Source of the DNA: Opitutia bacterium
GTDB taxonomy: Bacteria; Verrucomicrobiota; Verrucomicrobiia; Opitutales; JANYDI01
DNA length: 43,091 bases
Assembly: GCA_025363695.1 (NCBI GenBank)
Contig: JANYDI010000058.1
Coordinates: forward strand, 1 to 43,091
Reading direction: 5' to 3'
The notes under the pieces are model-generated. The model did not search any database. It saw only the letters and a list, made by a program, of their open reading frames with translations, and was not told where the DNA came from. Position 1 is the stretch's first letter. The number at the start of each line of letters is the position of its first letter. This document shows, piece after piece, positions 39,118-43,091 of this stretch. A program made the translations under genes and the position numbers.

Positions 39118-40609
39118 CTTTCCCCTTCCCAACCCCCACGCCGTACACGCCAACGCCGAGTGGGATAAGCACGACGAGGGCGCCTAGGAGGCTGAGCTTG
39201 GAGGGGGGCAGCAGGTGGGCCCAGAGCTTCCAGCTGGCGTAGGTGATGACGCCCATGAGGAGGGCTTGGAGCCAGAGTCGGGCCTGCAGGGCGCTCAGGG
39301 GGTGGATCTGAGGGTTTTTTTTGCACAGCGCCAGGTGTAGGGCGACGGACTGAAATAGCGCACTGAGCAGGTTGGCAGCGGCCAGGCCGGAGGTTTTAAA
39401 CCCGGGTAAAAGTAGGAGGCTCAGTAGGACATGTAGGATAAGTGTCATGACAGCCATGCGAGCGGGCAGACGCGCTTCGTGGAGGGCATGCAGGGTGCGC
39501 GTGGCCAGCAGGCTCATAGAATAAAAGGGAATACTCGCCGCATAGAGGCATAAGGGCCCTTGGGCGATGAGGGGGTTGGAAAATTTACCCCATTGGAAGA
39601 GCCCCAGCAAAATGGGCTCACTAAGGGCAATGAGCCCCAAAGCCGCTGGAATACTGATCCCCAATGAGTAACGCAGGCCTTGGGTGTAGGTGTGGGCAAG
39701 GCCGTGGACATCGTCTTTGGCGGCTTGGTCGGAAAGGCGAGGGAACAACACGCTGACAATGGCGCTGCTAAAAACACCCAAAGGAAACTCAATAAGGCGA
39801 TTGGCTAGGTACAAAACGGCCGTAGCGCTTGGGTCAATACCAAAGGCCAAAAAGCGCGAAAACACACTATTGAGCTGCAAAATACTGGCACCCCAAAGCC
39901 CAGGGATAAAACGTTTTTTCCAGTTTTTAAGCGCCTCAGAGCCTCCCCAGTCGATTCTGAAGCAAAAGTGCTCCTGCTTGCAAGCCCAAACGAGCATGCC
40001 CAGCTGCACCATGCCGCCCACAAGGACGCCTGCACACAGGATCCAAGCGCGTTTGGGGCCGTTATCGCACGCAAACCCGGCTCCCAGCGCGAAAATCATC
40101 GCCAAATTAAGCGCTATGGGTGAAAACGCCGCCCAACCAAAGCGCTGCCGTACGTTCAAAGCCGCACTGAGTGCCGCCGCCAGGCATATCAGCCACAAAT
40201 ACGGCATCAGCACCAGGCCCATATCGGCAGCCCAGTACCAGCGCTCGCTCAAGCCCGGAATATAACGTACACAAAGCAGTCCGGGCATCACGACTCCCAG
40301 GGTCCCCAAAATCAGGATACTCAGCCGTGTCAGTACTTGATTAAAGAATCTATTAAGCGTGGCTTGGCAGTCTTTTTGCGCCTCCGCTGCCAAGCTCGGG
40401 ATCAACGCAGACGTCAGCGCCCCCTCACCCAGTAGGCGTCTAAACAGGTTCGGAAGCGTAAAGGCCAGCAAAAATGCCGAGTTGAGCCCGCTAGCCCCCA
40501 GCGAGGCAAACAGCAGGCTGTCCCGCAGCAGCCCCAGGATCCGCGACCCCAGGGTCAACCCCGAAATGAGCGACACAGGCCTTATGAAGGTCGATTGTTT
40601 AAAAGACAT
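39077..40609 (-). CDS. murJ: Lipid II flippase MurJ (MviN family)
   Basis: 510-aa polytopic protein. The N-terminus SLISGLTLGSRILGLLRD..LFASLGAS is canonical MurJ. The last ~20 aa (KGKGRPRGASSPWIPY) are translated from a type-1 repeat. Confidence 0.85.
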   Translation of the reverse strand: MSFKQSTFIRPVSLISGLTLGSRILGLLRDSLLFASLGASGLNSAFLLAFTLPNLFRRLLGEGALTSALIPSLAAEAQKDCQATLNRFFNQVLTRLSILILGTLGVVMPGLLCVRYIPGLSERWYWAADMGLVLMPYLWLICLAAALSAALNVRQRFGWAAFSPIALNLAMIFALGAGFACDNGPKRAWILCAGVLVGGMVQLGMLVWACKQEHFCFRIDWGGSEALKNWKKRFIPGLWGASILQLNSVFSRFLAFGIDPSATAVLYLANRLIEFPLGVFSSAIVSVLFPRLSDQAAKDDVHGLAHTYTQGLRYSLGISIPAALGLIALSEPILLGLFQWGKFSNPLIAQGPLCLYAASIPFYSMSLLATRTLHALHEARLPARMAVMTLILHVLLSLLLLPGFKTSGLAAANLLSALFQSVALHLALCKKNPQIHPLSALQARLWLQALLMGVITYASWKLWAHLLPPSKLSLLGALVVLIPLGVGVYGVGVGKGKGRPRGASSPWIPY

Positions 40610-40628
40610 AGGAAGTGAAGGGAAGTTT

Positions 40629-40871
40629 AAGGGCCAAGGGGAGCTAGCTCCCCTTGGATCCCCTTTCCGATGGGCGATTTTCTAAAATGCTGGCGCATTT
40701 TAGGAAAATCGCCCATCGGCTTAGATGGATACAAGGCGCCATCCTGATCGCTTCGCGATCGTGGGGGGGCTTAGTATATGCTTATCGATAGCGATTTATC
40801 TAAAATGCGCTAGCATTTTAATAAATCGCTATCGAAAGGGGATCCTAAGGGGCACGAGTGCCCCTTAGCCC
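40629..40871. repeat. Type-1 element, head-to-head double with a single central H3
   Basis: H1 40636-40655, H3 40746-40760, H1' 40847-40866. Lies between the murJ start and the hisS end. Confidence 0.9.
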
Positions 40872-42141
40872 TTAGCCATTCTACCACTACATCCTCCTTC
40901 ACCACTTCGCTGTGGCCGTTCCGTAAATCCTTGGCCACGAGGCCTTCGGGGCTGACGGTGAGGGCGTGGTGGGCGCCTACGTGCTGGGCTTGTTCGAGTT
41001 GCTTGTTGAGGCTGGTGGGCTTAAGGGTGCCCTGGACTTGCAGGCCATGGCGACGGAGTTGTTGGGTGAGGCGCAGGGCTTGTGGGCGTAGCGATTCCTC
41101 GGTAATGGCGATGAACACTGCCGCCTGGGGGGCTTGCGCAGGCAGACAGTTATGGGCTTGGAGGCAGTCCTGGAGCGTGACATCGCCCATGGCAAAGCCA
41201 GCGGCTGGGAGCTGGGGCCCGCCTAGTTTTTCGACCAAGGTATCATAACGGCCACCACCGGCTAAGGCGCGTCCTTGGCCACTGCGTTCAAAGGCTTCGT
41301 AGACAAAACCGGTATAATAAGCAAGTCCTCGGACAATGCCCAAATCGATCGTAATAAAGGGAAGCAGCTCCATGGCTTCCAGTTGGGCCATGAGGACCTT
41401 CCAGTCCTCCAGGCGGCTAATCAAGGGCTCATGGTGCTTGTTGGTGTTTAAAAAGGCTTCAATGGCTTGTAGGCTGCGCAGACTACTGAGGTGATCGATA
41501 GCTTGTAGGAGTTTTTCACCTTCAAGATGTAGGGCTTCTAGCTTTGCAATGACCTGCTGGGCTGCTTCCCGTTCGCGCTTGTCAATAATATTCAGGACGG
41601 CAAAAAGCTGCTCTTGCGGGACTCCCCAGCTGCTCAGCGCCTGTAGCCACAAAGTTCGGTCGCTCAGGCGGATATGGACCTGTTGCTCGGTGAGGCCAAA
41701 GTTCTGAAACGTAGTGATCATCAGGGCTATGAGCTCCGCATCGGCTCCAGGACCGGCTTCTCCCAGGATATCGGCATTGAATTGATAAAAGGCTCGCAAA
41801 CGCCCTTTTTGCGGGCGTTCGTAGCGGTAGCACTCACCCACGTTAAACCACTTGATGGGCCGCTTCAAAGCCGCTGCCTTTGCTCCCACCATCGCCGCCA
41901 AAGAGGGCGTCAGCTCTGGCCTCAACGCGATAGCCCGACCGCCTTTGTCCTGGAAACAAAAGAGCTGGTCGACGACTTCCTGGCCGGATTTTTCGATATA
42001 TAATTCGAGCGGTTCCAATGTGGGCGCCTCATAAGGCTGAAAAGCAAAGGCCTTGGCCGTTCGCCGCCACGTATCAAAAATGTTATCACGTAACGCGCAT
42101 TCCTGTGGAAAAAATTGCCGAAACCCTGGTAGTGTCCCCAT
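40810..42141 (-). CDS. hisS: Histidine--tRNA ligase
   Basis: Class II aaRS motifs (LRPELTPS, YRYERPQKGRLRAF, GGGRYD) plus a C-terminal anticodon-binding domain. The last ~20 aa (RAKGHSCPLGSPFDSDLLKC) are repeat-encoded. Confidence 0.9.
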   Translation of the reverse strand: MGTLPGFRQFFPQECALRDNIFDTWRRTAKAFAFQPYEAPTLEPLELYIEKSGQEVVDQLFCFQDKGGRAIALRPELTPSLAAMVGAKAAALKRPIKWFNVGECYRYERPQKGRLRAFYQFNADILGEAGPGADAELIALMITTFQNFGLTEQQVHIRLSDRTLWLQALSSWGVPQEQLFAVLNIIDKREREAAQQVIAKLEALHLEGEKLLQAIDHLSSLRSLQAIEAFLNTNKHHEPLISRLEDWKVLMAQLEAMELLPFITIDLGIVRGLAYYTGFVYEAFERSGQGRALAGGGRYDTLVEKLGGPQLPAAGFAMGDVTLQDCLQAHNCLPAQAPQAAVFIAITEESLRPQALRLTQQLRRHGLQVQGTLKPTSLNKQLEQAQHVGAHHALTVSPEGLVAKDLRNGHSEVVKEDVVVEWLRAKGHSCPLGSPFDSDLLKC

Positions 42142-42204
42142 AAGCCAGCCACCCTAAAGGCTGTAGGCGCCGAAATCAATCTCTTTTGTGGGGAAATTTT
42201 GTTG

Positions 42205-42252
42205 AAAGGGAAAGGGAAAGGGAAAGGGAAAGGGAAAGGGAAAGGGAAAGGG
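42205..42252. repeat. Perfect hexanucleotide microsatellite (AAAGGG)x8 fused to the tip of a type-1 element
   Basis: Counted by hand: eight uninterrupted AAAGGG units running into H1 (42248-42267). Located ~65-110 nt upstream of the hisS start codon. Confidence 0.9.
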
Positions 42253-42370
42253 GCGCTGGCGCCCCTTAGGATCCCCTACCGATAGGCGATTTTTAAAAAT
42301 GCGATGCATTTTATAAAAATCGCCTATCGGGAAGGGTGATACTAAGGCCTCCACAGATCGCTTCGCGATC
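42248..42370 (+). repeat. Type-1 element, half copy
   Basis: H1 42248-42267, H2 42279-42330, H3 42356-42370. Confidence 0.9.
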
Positions 42371-42394
42371 GAACATTATCAATATAAGTGTTTA

Positions 42395-42433
42395 TTTAAA
42401 CCACACTATGGGAGGCCTCCTTAACTGTGGTTT
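42395..42433. repeat. Collapsed CACATAAGGAGGCC-arm foldback (mini hairpin)
   Basis: AAACCACACTATGGGAGGCC|TCCTTAACTGTGGTTT: the outermost ~18 bp of both arms are joined at an AGGCCT microhomology. Confidence 0.7.
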
Positions 42434-42454
42434 GTTGTTATATAAAAAATACAA

Positions 42455-42890
42455 TACGATCATTCTGATGCTATTTTTGTATTTAAAATCACATACATAT
42501 AAGTTGTTTATCAACAACAAAGTACACTTTGATCGCCCTGAAAGGGCGAAGGATGATAGCCCAGGGCGACTCTTGGGTCGCCCTGGGTTTGCTGTGAAAA
42601 AAGACTAGAGCCCTACAGGGGCGATTCTTAAAATGTATTAAATTTATCTTAAAATTAACAAAATATTGCAATAAAATTTAAAATATATGCTCTATATCAA
42701 CTCTATTGAATCGCCCCTGTAGGGCTCTAAATCTCTACCTACCAGAACCCAGGGCGACCCAAGAGTCGCCCTGGGCTATCATCCTTCGCCCCTTCAGGGC
42801 GATCATTTTGTGTTTTGAATCAAAAAGTTAGACTGCCTTCAGCACGATAGACTTAGACGCATGTGATTTTTAAAGACAAAAATAGCATCA
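42455..42890. mobile_element. Third foldback subtype (GATCGCCCTGAAAGGGCG arm) nested inside a larger inverted repeat
   Basis: Outer inverted repeat ATTCTGATGCTATTTTTGTATTTAAAATCACAT (42462-42494) / ATGTGATTTTTAAAGACAAAAATAGCATCAGAAT (42861-42894). Inner foldback ~42515-42815 with core inverted repeat 42608-42727. Confidence 0.75.
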
Positions 42891-42896
42891 GAATTA

Positions 42897-43091
42897 GGGC
42901 GTGTGATCAATTAAGCTATCAACAAAACGCACATAAGGAGGCCTGAAGGGCCGGCATATCGTAGCCCGGGGCGTAAGCCCTGGGTTTACAGGTGAAAATT
43001 TTTTGAGCCCTACAGGGGCGACACTCGTATTCAAATTCTGAGTGCCGCCCTTACAGGGCTCCGGTTTGTTTTTCATATCAAACCCAGGGCT
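42897..43091. mobile_element. Foldback MITE, CACATAAGGAGGCC-arm subtype, truncated by the window end
   Basis: TA 42895-42896, then TIR GGGCGTGTGATCAATTAA, linker, left arm, inner hairpin, and the start of the right arm. Confidence 0.85.

Overview
This 43.1-kb chromosomal window holds about 36 protein genes and one tRNA-Arg(CCT). Most genes are housekeeping. They include a YtgC-YtgR-type metal permease/repressor fusion, ubiE/menG, a GldF/GldG-like ABC-2 pair, a LacI-family regulator and an AroG-type DAHP synthase. Also present are rplY-pth-rpsF-ssb-rplI, dnaB, bamA, a prepilin peptidase, recN, hpf, a Mip-like FKBP, lgt, gpmI, murJ and hisS. Accessory-looking genes sit among them: two tandem F-box/LRR eukaryote-like proteins, two tandem secreted paralogs, an orphan Mu-gp29/DUF935 portal-like gene and a tight three-gene operon of unknown function. 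The YtgCR fusion, Mip and F-box/LRR genes suggest an environmental Chlamydiae/PVC-type intracellular bacterium, but this is inference only. The outstanding feature is non-coding. Almost every intergenic region is filled by structured palindromic repeats, about 7 kb or roughly one sixth of the window by my hand tally. There are three families. (1) A three-hairpin type-1 element occurs as halves, head-to-head doubles and composites. (2) A GGTTTTAGCGGG-type hairpin element has an invariant asymmetric core and covarying outer stems. (3) Nested foldback MITEs have GGGCGTGTGATCAATTAA terminal inverted repeats flanked by TA, which is IS630/Tc1-mariner-like, yet no transposase lies in the window. These elements abut or overlap the 3' ends of at least 14 genes, supplying stop codons and 5-26-aa C-terminal tails. 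A roughly 410-nt orphan transcription unit (38165-38611) sits between two MITEs. It has a near-consensus extended -10 promoter and an intrinsic terminator, no convincing ORF, and a copy of the MITE core inside it. It is the best single candidate for an undescribed RNA-based function. All coordinates of repeats are hand-derived (+/- a few bp), and no database search was possible.
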